A DNA stretch of 64,000 bases, taken from the NCBI GenBank assembly GCA_964016885.1, contig OZ024743.1, positions 48,174,001 to 48,238,000 on the forward strand. Direction: 5' to 3'. The DNA comes from Eledone cirrhosa. Its lineage: Eukaryota. The notes beneath the pieces were generated by a model. It saw only the letters and a program-made list of their open reading frames with translations, was not told the origin of the DNA and made no database searches. Of this stretch, positions 51,826-64,000 are shown in pieces. The translations under genes were made by a program, and so were the position numbers. How positions within the stretch are numbered: the stretch's first letter is position 1; every line of letters starts with the position of its first letter.

Positions 51826-52306
51826 ACTCCGACATCACACACTTACACCTCTCCAAGACAATGTCACTGGACCGAGACCTTTGGCGGTACTCAGTAACAG
51901 AGAAGACCCGCCTTACCTAAATATATAGTAAAACCTACTCCAGCCAGTAGGCATCTCTAACAAATACACCCCGTCCCACCACCCCCACCCGATCCACACC
52001 ACCCCGTTCTATGTAAAGTTATGTTGGTGCCGCGCCATCGAGGCCGAAACAAATGAGATCGTGTAGGTGTCACGACAAAAAAACACACAGTCCACGCTGT
52101 AATGTGGCCGTGTAGGCAACACGGTAAAAACCTCCCAGACCCACACTGTAAATGTGGTTGGTGTTAGGAAGGGCATCCAACTGTAGAAAACCTGCCAGAC
52201 AGTCCTATGCGAGCAAGACAATCACTCTTGCCTCAAGTGGGACTACCCCCGTCCAAACCCATGCAAGCGTGGAACACGGACGTTAAACGTTGATGATGAT
52301 GATGAT
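51826..52306 (+). mobile_element. RTE 3' end (C-terminal codons, 3' UTR and (GAT)n tail)
   Basis: Reverse complement of ~46805-47260; the antisense 70-aa ORFs in both copies are identical. Confidence 0.9.
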
Positions 52307-55300
52307 ATATATGGGGAATATATACATGAGAAAACATATACACACCCACTTACATGTAAGCACACAATTGGCCTATAATCACACTCACGCACACAAGTTC
52401 CAAAGGATAGACTCTAGCATTAAAATTTCTTACTGAAGCATTAAATATGGAGATGGAACACTATATCCATGTATGTTGTAAGAGGTGACTAAAAGGTTTT
52501 CCACCCAGAAGGGCATCTAGTTGTAAAACATGCCCTCAAAAAGACTAACCCTTTCTTTAGCTTTAAAACACTTGTGTTTATACAAGAAAAACACAACTTA
52601 ATACTAGAAAGTAGAGACTTTGATATTTAACTCTTAATGTTCTGTACTACATCAAACTGCATTAGCAAAACATTCTTAAAAAGTACAAAACAGCACTGTG
52701 ACTGCTTCACACTAAAAATTAAAATCTTTTCTTTAACCCTTTAGCATTTACATTACTCTATATTTACTATTGTATTTTCACAGTAAAGGCTTTATTTCAC
52801 ATAATTATCTCGCATAATATCGAATCTATGAGATTTTGATATTATGTATTTTGAGAACAATACCTTAATGTTGGTATGAGTGGCCCATTATGGCCAGTTT
52901 GAACAGAAAGAGGTGGGAGAATTCTGGCCGGATACAGCCGGTTTAAATGCTAAAGGGTTAAAGTTTACTGCAAATTTTTGCAACAATCTATCCACTAGTA
53001 AAGATACTATAAACATTTGAATAAACCAAGCCATTTTTAGATATTTGCTGCTAAATCATTCCAGGGTGTTAAGTTATAGAGATTCCCATCTCAGCACTTC
53101 TGCCAAAACTCTTAAATCTAGCAAGTGATACAGTGTTTCAACTTATTCTAAACAGGAAAGTAATGAATCATTTTGTGTCTTCTCCTGTCAGTTTATCATT
53201 TGGAAAAATCATTAGAAAATCAGACAAAATGTTTTGCAATATTTGTTCTGAGTCCTTACATTCTGAGTTCAAATCTCTTGGGGTCAACTTTGCCTTTCCT
53301 CCTTCTTGGATCAATAAAATAAGTCCCAGTCAACTGCACCTCACCACCACTGTTTCACACTAAAAATTAATGTCTTAACTCTAAAGTTTAGTGAAAATTT
53401 TCACAACGATCTGTCTACTAGTAAAGATACTATAGACATGTGAATCAACAAAGCCATTTTTAGAAATTTTCTGCTAAATCATTACAGGGTGTTGAGAGTT
53501 AAATTAAAAACAAGCAATTCCTTTAATATATTTTAGTACAACAAATTTTTCTCTTTTAAAGGTTTTCCATGTAATCTCTCGAAATACACCTTTATTTGTT
53601 TAGTGTTAAAAATCAGAATGATAATAAATCTTTTTCTTATTCTGTTTCACATTTCATCCATCCACAAGACTAACTGTAACACACTAATGGAATTATTTTT
53701 GGTGGTGGTGGGGGAGGCAAGAATTCTAACTTTCTAACTTATTATCTAAAGCATGTTCATTGTGCCAGAACTGAATAACACCTTTCTTTCCACAGAATGA
53801 ACACACCCAAAAAGTTCTTCATTTGCAGGGGTGTTAAGCAACAGAATGTTGTTAAACCTTATAAATAGCAGCATAGCCATGTGGGCCGTATAAATTATTT
53901 GCCATGTATATATGGAGGGTTTCCAAAAATTGCTGCTGCAATTTTCTGTTTGTTTGTTTATTTTAATTATTTCTTTAGATAGTTAATTAAACTAAATAAT
54001 TGTTTCTACTTTAGGCACAAGGCCAGCAATTACCCAGTGCATTACTGGTACTTTATTTTATCGACCCCCGTAAGGATGAAAGGCAAAGTTAACCTCGGCG
54101 GGATTTGAACTCAGATCGTAAAGGGACGTAACTATGCTGGAAAGCATGGCGTCCGACCCTCTACCGATACTGCCAATCCACAAATAATAGTATTCCATCA
54201 GAGTGACAATTCTCAAGCTAAGGTAATAGAATAAAAACCTTTTGTTGCCATATTTCTTATGAAAGGCAATGACTGTATGAATTTCAAATAATTGTGAAAA
54301 TTATCAAGAATTTGGAGGGATATAATAATTGTTTCTACTTTTGGCACAAGGCCAGCAATTACCCCCAGTGTATTACTGGTGCTTTATTTTATCGACCCCA
54401 TAAGGATGAAAGGCAAAGCTAACTTCAGCAGGATTTGAACTCAGACCATAAATGGCCGTAACTCTATGCTACAAAGCATGGTGTCTGACCCACTACTGAT
54501 ACTGCCAATCAACCGGGGATATAATGATGGTTTCTACTTAGGCAGAAGGCCAGCAATTTGAAGAGGATAGGGAGTAAATTAAATCAACCCCAGTAATTGA
54601 CTGGTACTACATTTTATTGACCCTGGAAAGATGAAAAGCTAAGTTCATCACAAGATTTAAACTCAGCACAGAACAAACACTTCTAAGTCTGACACTCTAA
54701 TGACTCAGTCAATCCACTGCTCTTGAAGGGATTTAATAATATAACTAACTTAATCATTATTAAGCTGGTGTTTTGAATATTACTTAACAAATGTTCCTTA
54801 CATAAAATTACCATGGAAGGTTTTTACATAAATATAAATGCTTTAACCCTTTAGCATTTACATTACTTTATATTTACTATTGTATTTTCATGTTAAAGGC
54901 TTTATCTTACATAATTATCTCACATAATATCGAATCTATGAGATTTTGAGATTATTTATGCTGAGAACAATACCTGAAAATCAATATAAGTTGCCAGTTA
55001 CAGCTGGTTTAAACAGAAAGAAGTTTGAGAAGTCTGGTTGGATACAACCAGTTTAAATGCTAAAGGGTTAAAGCAAGCAGTTTAGACTTGTAGAACTGGG
55101 GCTGGTTTCAGTCAATTTGGTATCAAAATGGTTAAAGTTATTATTATTAAATATCTAGATTTTAGCCAACATGACATGTGTAAACTAATAAGATACATAA
55201 GCAAGACAGATCCCTGACCTGTCTGGGAGATCAGTAGTTCCGGTTCGGTACTGACCTGGTCTATGTAGACCAGTTCAACCCTTACTAGCAGGGAAAGCAA

Positions 55301-58113
55301 ACATTATAACGACAATGATGACGATGATGAGGATGATGATGATGATGGTGGTGGTGGTGGTGGTGGTGGTGGTGGTGGTGGTGGTGGTGATGATGATGGT
55401 GATGATGGTGATGATGGTGATGATGGTGATGATGATGATGATGATGATGATGGTGATGATGATGGTGATGATGGTGACGACGATGATGATGATGATGATG
55501 ATGATGATGGGGATGATGGTGACATTTGACAGTCATAAACAACTGTTTTTTTCTTCTTTCTTTTTTTGTTTGTTTTGTTTATACAATTCACTGTAAACTG
55601 AAAAAGAGAGGTTGACTGTATTATAGTTTTATGTTCTCATCAACTAATGCTTACCACGTCACAGTGGCCTTACAGTAGACCTGCATTCTAGCCCTTAAAC
55701 CCCAGGTTTTATAAAGCATAACTATGGAAGGGGAGAGTTTGAACAGACAGACAATCGCACCAATGTCCTCCACCTCCCTACTACACTTTAGTTCTTCTTC
55801 TTCTTCTTCTTCTTCTTCTTCTTCTTTTTCTTCTTCTCCTTCTTCTTCTCCTTCTCCTTCTTCTCCTTCTCCTTCTTCTTCTTCTTCCCCTTCTTCTCCT
55901 TCTTCTTCTTCTGCTTCTTCTTCTTCTTCTTCTTCTTCTCCTTCTTCTTCTATTTCTTTATCTCATTCCATCTTATCTTCTTTCTCATTCTCCCCCTCCC
56001 TCCTATTCATCATCATCACCATCTTCTTCCTTCTCTTACTCAGATGAACTAAACAACTAATAATTGTTTCTACTTTTGGCACAAGGCCAGCAATTACCCC
56101 AGTGCATTACTGGTACTTTATTTTATCGACCCCGTACAGATGAAAGGCAAAGTTAACCTCGACAGAATTTGAACTCATACCGCAAAGGGCCGTAACTCTA
56201 TGCTGGAAAGCATGGCGTCCAACCCTCTACCGATACTGCCAATTCACAGCCCTCTAAACAACTAATAATGTCAGTGAAGTAATCCAACAATGTCCAATAA
56301 GGATGGCTCACCTGTACAGTAATCCAACTGGCACACCACCTTCTCTGCTGGCACACCTACTTACCTACCCCCACCTACCCCACTTACTTATCTACCCACC
56401 TACTTACCTACCCCTCCTACTTACCTACTCCACCTACTTACCTACCCCACCTACTTACCTACCCAACCAAATCTACCCATACTTCTTTTAAAAGAAACCC
56501 TATTACCTTACATCCATTAAACATGCTGTTTGTACACATCTTTTCTATTGTGATTACCTATAACTATAAAAACCATACCCTTAATATCCAGCATCCAGTG
56601 TCCAGTGTCCAGTGTTCAGTATTGTCTTTTATCTCCATTGAAAACAAATATTGTCTAATTGGAAAAAATGCTAATTCTTGTTTACAGATCATAACTTAAC
56701 AATGTTCAATAAATCAATATGAAGAGCTTTAAAGATGTCATTGTTGTGATCAAATAATCAAATAATCACATGCCCAAGATATCATCATCATCATCATCAT
56801 CATCATTTTACGTCCACTTTTCCCTGCTTGCAAGGGTGGGACGGGTCCTATTCAGCACAGCATCTCTCCACTTGTCACAGTCCTTCATCATCTCCGTGAG
56901 CTTCAGCGATCTGAGGTCTGCTCTCACCACCTCAGCCCATGTTTTTCATGGTCTTCTTCTACTGCATCTTCTTTCCACTGGGATTTCTTGGCACTCCTTT
57001 ACGCAGTGGTCATCCTCTATGCGCATCACATGTCCATACCATTGCAGTCTTCTCTCCAACACACTACAACTTATCCCTCTTAAACACAGTTTCTCTCTCA
57101 ACACATCCATACTCAGTTGTTCATGTACATTATAATTCAAGTTGAAACCACTTCATCTGTTTTATTTTCATATTTTACTGTTTAGTCAGGCAAGGAGGGG
57201 TTGTGTCTATGACCTTTTCTAGGACATCTGAAACAGAGAGGAGGAAGCTGGGAAGGTTTACTCAAACCAGAGTCCTTTCCAAATGATTGCAATAGTGTGA
57301 ACTTTGTTAACTCTTTAGCATTTAAACCGGATGTATCCAGCCAGAACTACTCTCACCTCTTTCTGCTCAAACCGGTTTTAACCAGCCACTTATGCTGATG
57401 TTAAGGTATTGTTCTCAAAATAAATTAATTCCCGCCGAGGTTAACTTTGCCTTTCATCCTTACAGGGTTGATAAAATAAAATACCAGTAATGCACTGGGG
57501 TAATTGCTGGCCTTGTGCCAAAAGTAGAAACAAATAATATCAAAATCTCATAGATTCGATATTATGTGAGGTAAAGCCTTTAAAACAAAAATGCAATAGT
57601 ATATATAATGTAACTGCTAAAGGGTTAAAGACACCCAAGGATGAGTTGGTGGTGTTAAACTGGGCAACTGATTAAGTTCTTAGTCAAACAGCCATGTTTG
57701 GTTTGATGGTTAATTCATGTTAATCCTTTCTTTACCATATTTCTAAAGAAAGACACTGCCAATGGTTTTCAAATAAATTTTTTTAAATAATCAAGAATTT
57801 GGAAGGATTTAGTCATATAACTAACTTTTGGTGTTAGTGGTGTTTTTGTTGTAGTTGGTAATGTTGTTGTTGGTGGTGGTGGTGGTGGTGGTAACTGCGG
57901 CAGCAACACCAACACCACCACCACCACTACTATTACTACCACCACCACCACCACTACTACCACCACCACCACCACCACCACCACCACCACCACTACTACT
58001 ACCACCACCACCACTAACACCACCACCACCACTACCAGTACCACCACCACCACCACCATCACCACCGCCACCACTACCGCCACCACCACCACCACCACCA
58101 GCACTACCACCAC

Positions 58114-58176
<63 letters not shown>

Positions 58177-58375
58177 TAGTAGTAATAGTAGTAGTAGTAG
58201 CAGCAGTGGTGGTTCCAGTGGAGGTGTTGTTGATGATGATATGGTGGTGGTGGTGGTGGTGGAGGTGGGTGTAGTGGTGGGGGTTAATGGTAGTGGCAAT
58301 GGTAGAAACTGATAACAATGGTAATGATGGTAGTGATAATGCTAATTCTGTAATTCTGTTTTCTTTTCAATTCAG

Positions 58376-58634
58376 AATGACATTTATATTGATTGGGACA
58401 AACCAATCTTGGAACAGCTTGACCAATTTGGTGATAAATATTTTGAATGGGTTCACCAACCAGAGGAGCATCATATTAGACTGTTTCACTCAGATTTCTG
58501 TGAGTTTTTCTCAATGGCCCCATGGTGGTTAGTACCTCTTATTTGGATACCAGTTATGTGCCTTGGGATGTACCAAGCTTACCAAAATATTAGCGTCCAC
58601 ACGGAGATTCTAGGATTTCCATTTCTACAAGGAG
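58376..58634 (+). CDS. FA2H: Fatty acid 2-hydroxylase, next visible coding exon (start of hydroxylase/membrane region)
   Basis: Polypyrimidine tract plus TTCAG| acceptor. Phase 0, reading NDIYIDWDKPILEQLDQFGDKYFEWVHQPEEHHIRLFHSDFCEFFSMAPWWLVPLIWIP, which matches the FA2H signature DW.KP...Y.EWVHQP....RLF.SD. Ends at GAG|GTAAGA. Phase is compatible with the 13160 donor. Confidence 0.9.
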
Positions 58635-58675
58635 GTAAGAATCAGCTTTACATGTACCAATGTGTACGGAACATA

Positions 58676-59969
58676 TACGTGGGTAAGTCAAAAAGTTTCT
58701 GGACTAGCTCTTTATTTAAAAAAGGACTTTATTTACATAGGTTTAAACACTATCTCCTTCGAAATAGTCCCCTTGTGCAGCAAAACACTGATCCCAGCAT
58801 TTCTGCCACTCCTGGAATGTGGCCTTGAAGTCATTTGTAAGCTTGTTGAGAACCTTCTTTGATTCATGTTGGATCTTGGCAACAGTGTTAAAACAGTGAC
58901 CTTTGAGCTTGATATTCATCTTTGGGAAAAAGAAGAAGTCCGCAGAAGTTAAATCTGGTGAGTATGGTGGGTGTGGAAGCAATGACATGTTGCGCTCAGT
59001 AAGAAACTCACGGACAATAAGTGTTTGGTGACAAGGTGCATTGTCATTGTGGATATCCAGTTCTTCATGCACCACAGATCCAGTTGCTTTCGTTGAATGT
59101 TCTCCCTCAAATGCCTCAGAACTTCGCATTAAAACTCTTTTTTGAGGATCTGGCTCTGGGGGACAAATTCTTGATGAACAATGTCGCAGATGTCGAAAAA
59201 GACGATGAACATGCTCTTGACTGGACTGTACCTCTGTCTCACCTTCGTTGGTTGGGGAAATGATGGACTCTTCCATTGCATTGACTGCTGCTTTGTCTCT
59301 AGATCATACCCCTAACCCAAGACTCATCACCAGTGATGATCTTCAACATTAATAATAGCTCATCTGCTGCACACCATTTGAATTCTTGATAAACTTCAAC
59401 ACAATTTTCCTTCTGGTCCTGTGTTAGCAGGCAGGAGAGAAACTTGTTAGCGACATGCTGTATGTTCAGTTCTGACACGACACACTAACAATGTTAATAA
59501 AGTTGTTGATCATCCTTCGATGATCCTCATGCTAAAGTTGCCTAATTTTTTCAACATTTCTGGGATGGATGCACATCTAAGGTCTTCCAGATCGCTCATC
59601 CTCTTCCAAGGATGTTCTTCCACTGTGGAAGCGCCCATGCCCCTCAAAACATTGCAAATGACCCATTGCCTCATGGCTGTAAGTTTCTGAAGCATGTTCA
59701 ATGTCTCTGTGGCAGATTTTCAAAGTTTGATGCAAAATTCCACATTAGATCTTTGCACCAACTAGATGTCGATGATGTAACCACAGACTTACACATGGAT
59801 GTGATCAGAAAAACATCAATTTAACAACTCATGATGTAAACACAACAATGTCACTTGGTACACTGACTTATGACAGTTACAGTTAACTATCACTGTGGGC
59901 GTAACCCTCTGCTACCATCTGTTGGCGTGCTACTGAGCTAGTCCGGAAATGTTTTGATACCACCTTGTA
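58676..59969 (-). mobile_element. Full-length (~1.29 kb) decayed mariner (DD34D) transposon
   Basis: Imperfect ~35-bp TIRs (TACGTGGGTAAGTCAAAAAGTTTCTGGACTAGCTC / GAGCTAGTCCGGAAATGTTTTGATACCACCTTGTA); HNDNAPCH...HPPYSPDLTSAD has 34 residues between the two aspartates; frameshifted. Confidence 0.9.
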
Positions 59970-60067
59970 TGTGTACAGTATAGGTTTTATTTTGACTAGT
60001 TAGCATCATCATCATTGTTATCATCATCATTGTCATCATCATCCATTAGCCATCATCATCATCAGTC

Positions 60068-60103
<36 letters not shown>

Positions 60104-60196
60104 GTTTCATCATCATCAGCTTTGTCATTATCAGCAGCCTCATCATCATTATTCCTATATTATTAAGCCCAGTACTTATTTTATCAAGTTCTCATT

Positions 60197-61685
60197 ATCA
60201 TCATCATCACCGTTTTACGTCCGTTCTTCCACGCTAGCATGGGTTAGACAGGTTGTCCTGTTGTGGGCAGTGTCTGGTCGGCTGACCATGCCTTGCTCAT
60301 ACAGGAACTGATTTGGCTTGATTTCTACAGCTGGATGCCCTTCCTAACACCAACCTCATTTACAGTGAGTGCTGGGTGCTTTTTCGTGGCGCCTACACGT
60401 CCACTTTACAGTGTGGGCTGGGTGCTTTTTTTCCGTGGCACCTCCACGACCAACTTGCGGTGGGGGGTGTGGGGGCATATTGTCTATATGCTTCAGCTTG
60501 TACCCATGGGAGGTCAGGTACTCTGTATTACTGTGTGACGCCAGAAGTCACGGTCGTGTGTCATTGCCTTTGAGAGGTGTAATTGGGTAAGGTCGGCTTT
60601 TATCACCTCATCCCAGGTCATCTTGGGTCTCCCCACTCCGCGGTTTCCAACAACTTCTAGTGCTCTGCACCTTTTTATGCAGCTGTCATCCTTCATACGC
60701 ATCACATGTCCATACCAGCGCAACCCCTCTCCTGCACACAGCATTTGATTCCTCTTATGCTCAGTCTCTCTCTCAATTCATTTATGCTTTGTTGTTCACG
60801 TATATTACTGTTACACATCCATCGGAGCATGCAGGCTTCATTTCTCTCTAATCTACGTAAGTCTTCTACCTTCAACGCCCAGGTCTCACTACCATGCAAC
60901 ATTGCTGTTCGGATACAAGCATCATACAGTCTGCCTTTCATTCTGAGGGAGAAGCCTTTTGCAGCTAGCAGTGGTAGTAGTTCCCTAAACTTCTTCCATC
61001 CCGTTCTTACCCTAGTTATTGTACTTTCTGAACACCCATCTCCACTGCTAATTCGGTCACCTAGGTAGCAGAAGCTGTCTACTGTTTCTACAGAGCCCTC
61101 CCAGAGATTGGTGGTACTTGTTTCCTGTGGCTGTTTGCTGCTTGCTGTCCCAGCACAGCTGCTGCATGTGAAGCCTACATTCTTAATTAAGCTTCCTGAG
61201 ATCCCGCTACATCTCTTGTGTACCCATTGTTTGCATTTGGGGCAGAGAATGGAGTTCCTACCTACACCTTTCCTACATACTGAGCAAGGCCATTTCCCTG
61301 AGGGGATCTGGGTTCTGTTTTCTCGTCTACTTACAAGGACCTTAGTCTTTGTCATGTTGACTTTGAGACCCTTTCTTTCTAGTCCCTGCTTCCAAGTTTG
61401 GAATTTATTCTCTAGTTCTACCATAGATTCAGCTATGAGTGCGAGGTCATCAGCATACAGGAGTTCCCATGGGCATCCGGTCTTAAACTCCTCCGTTATT
61501 GCCTGCAGGACTATGATGAACAGGAGGGGACTAAGAACAGAGCCCTGATGGACCCCAACCTGTACGCTAAATTCCTCGCTATACTCATTGCTAATCCTAA
61601 CTTTGCTGACTGCTCCCCTATACATGGCTTGTACCGCTTTCACAAGCCATTCATCTACTCCTAGTTTTCTAAGAGCCCACCAAGT
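60197..61685 (-). mobile_element. 5'-truncated RTE LINE, diverged subfamily with PHD-type finger
   Basis: ORFs 61643-60702 and 60744-60514 (frameshift); GVHQGSVLSP, YADD and the C4HC3 motif are present; (GAT)n tail. Confidence 0.9.
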
Positions 61686-62356
61686 TATGTTTTGTTAAAC
61701 TGCTAAGTTACAGAATAGGAACCCACTCCACTTTGTAAGGTGGTAGTGTTGGTGACACAACAAAAGTACCCAGTCCACCTTATAAAGTTGTTGTGTTAGT
61801 GACATGACAAAAAGTACCCAATCCATCCTGTAAAGTCGTCATACTGGTGACACGCCATAGAAACTGAACCAAAATTAGTTCTGTATGAGCAAAACACAGT
61901 CATCTGATCTGACTTGTCTCACAACAGGACAGCTAGCCTAACCCATGCTAGCATGGAAAATGGACGTTAAATGGTGATGATGATGATGACTACTCGATTT
62001 TTAAGTGGTGTAGATGTAAACACAGACATGGACAGAAATACACATATACAGGTACATATATAGATATATGTTCAAGACTGATAATTAGCTAAGGCATGAT
62101 TGCATATATATCTTCTGATAATGGAGAATACATACCTGATAGTTTCTTGAATGTGAAACTAATACCCTGTATTAAAATACACATATATATATATTGTAAT
62201 TGCATTTAAAACATCATTCTACTTAAAACATTAACTGTATAAGCACCAGATGAAGTGACTAAACGGAAACTTCAAAGTCACTGCCACCTTTCTATTCAGA
62301 ATATAATATATATATATAAAATTAAAAAAAAATAAAAAAATATATATATATATATA

Positions 62357-63405
62357 TCATCATCATCATCATCAACGTTTAACGTCCGATGGGGTGGGGC
62401 TGGTGGGACGGGGATGTATTTTGTTAGAGATGCCTACTGACTGTAGTAGGTTTTACTATGTATTTAGGTAAGGCGGGTCTTCTCTATTACTGAGTACCGC
62501 CAAAGGTCTCGGTCCAGTGACATTGTCTTGGAGAGGTGTAAGTGTGTGAGGTCGGAGTTTATCAGCTCGTCCCAGGTTTTTCTAGGTCTGCCTATTCCGT
62601 GGCTACCGTCTATCTTTATTGCCCTGCACTTTGTTATACAGCTATCGACTTTCATGAGCATCACGTGTCCATACCAACGTAGCCTTCTCTCGAGTAAACA
62701 ACATCTGATCCCTCTTATTTCTAATTTTTTCCTTAGTTCGTTTATGTTTTGCCGTTCACGTATATTACTATTACACATCCAGCGGAGCATGCAAGCTTCA
62801 TTCCTCTCTAGTCTGCGCATATTCTCTGCACACAATGCCCAGGTCTCACTGCCATGCAACATTGCTGTTCGTATGCAGGCATCATACAACCTGCCTTTCA
62901 TTTTTAGGGAGAACCCTTTAGCGGCTAATAGTGGTATAAGCTCTCTGAACTTTTTCCATCCAGTTCTGACTCTAGCTACTGTACTTTCAGAGCACCCTCC
63001 CCCACTGCTGATTTTGTCACCCAGGTAACGGAAGCTGTCCCCTATTTCTATAGAGCCCTCTGCGCAGTTGAAAGAGCTAGTATTTGTGGGCACTTGCTGC
63101 TACTTATTGCACCAGAGCACCGGCCACATGTGAAATCTATGTTCTTAGTTAGCTTACCTGTGATCCCACTACATCTTTTATGCACCCATACTTTGCATTT
63201 GGGACACAAAATGGAGTTTCTACCTACGCCTTTCCTACACACTGAGCATGGCCACTTCCCGGAAGGGACCGCCGCCTTATTTTCTTTCCTACAAACTAGA
63301 ACTTTGGTCTTAGCCAGGTTAATTTTAAGGCCTTTTGATTCTAGGCCATGCTTCCATGTTTGGAATTTCTTCTCTAGCTCGGCCATTGATTCAGCTATGA
63401 GTGTT
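62357..63405 (-). mobile_element. 5'-truncated RTE LINE copy with a 1-bp frameshift and internally deleted 3' UTR
   Basis: ORFs 63386-63048 and 63093-62464 are near-identical to the 47166-48485 protein. Confidence 0.9.
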
Positions 63406-63764
63406 ATATATATATATCATCATCATCATCATCATTTCATTTTACGTCCGCTTTTCTTTGCTTGCACGGGTGGGACGGGAACTGATTCTGGCTTGATTTC
63501 TACAGCTGGATGCCCTTCCTAACACCAACCTCATTTACAGTGAGTGCTGGGTGCTTTTTTGCCGTGGCACCTCCACAACCACTTTGCAATGGAATGATAT
63601 GGACCCCAGTCCCTATCATCTCATTTCTACAGCTGAGTAAACTGGAGCAATGTGAGATAAAGTGTCTTGCTCAAGGAAACAACACATCACCCGGTCTGAG
63701 AATTGAACTCACAACCTTTCGATTGCAAGACCATGCTCTATCTATGTATGTATGTATGTATGTA

Positions 63765-64000
63765 TCATCATCATCATCATCAACGTTTAACGTCCGTGTT
63801 CCACGCTTGCATGGGTTTGGACGGGGGTAGTCCCACTTGAGGCAAGAGTGATTGTCTTGCTCGCATAGGACTGTCTGGCAGCTTTTCTACAGTTGGATGC
63901 CCTTCCTAACACCAACCACATTTACAGTGTGGGTCTGGGAGGTTTTTACCGTGTTGCCTACACGGCCACATTACAGCGTGGACTGTGTGTTTTTTTGTCG
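63765..64000 (-). mobile_element. 3' UTR and tail of another RTE copy, continuing beyond the window
   Basis: Near-identical to 46805-47043. Confidence 0.85.

Larger units (their letters stand above)
13161..58375 (+). other. ~45.2 kb GT-AG intron of FA2H (a small intervening exon cannot be excluded)
   Basis: GT at 13161 and AG at 58374-58375; both flanking exons are phase 0; the interior is almost entirely repeats. Confidence 0.65.

Overview
Eukaryotic, AT-rich, microsatellite- and retrotransposon-dense animal DNA. The SINE/LINE repertoire suggests an octopod cephalopod (inference). The only host gene I can support is a + strand fatty acid 2-hydroxylase (FA2H-like): a cytochrome-b5 exon at 12849-13160 and a second exon at 58376-58634, separated by a ~45 kb intron, with the rest of the gene beyond the window. 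The remainder is mobile DNA: RTE-clade LINEs (one near full length), fragments of Tx1/L1, CR1, CRE and R4/Dong-type LINEs, CORE- and Nin/Deu-type tRNA SINEs, mariner elements, piggyBac-type and hAT-type MITEs, and simple repeats. Three observations stand out. (1) A ~425-bp partially tandem non-coding repeat carries a minimal hammerhead ribozyme with a G·U/U·G flip between copies and an upstream octamer (retrozyme-like), alongside several other hammerhead remnants. (2) The RTE LINEs have a PHD-type C4HC3 finger inserted inside the reverse transcriptase. (3) A bipartite non-autonomous RTE derivative carries a C2H2 finger and accumulates in (TACA)n tracts.
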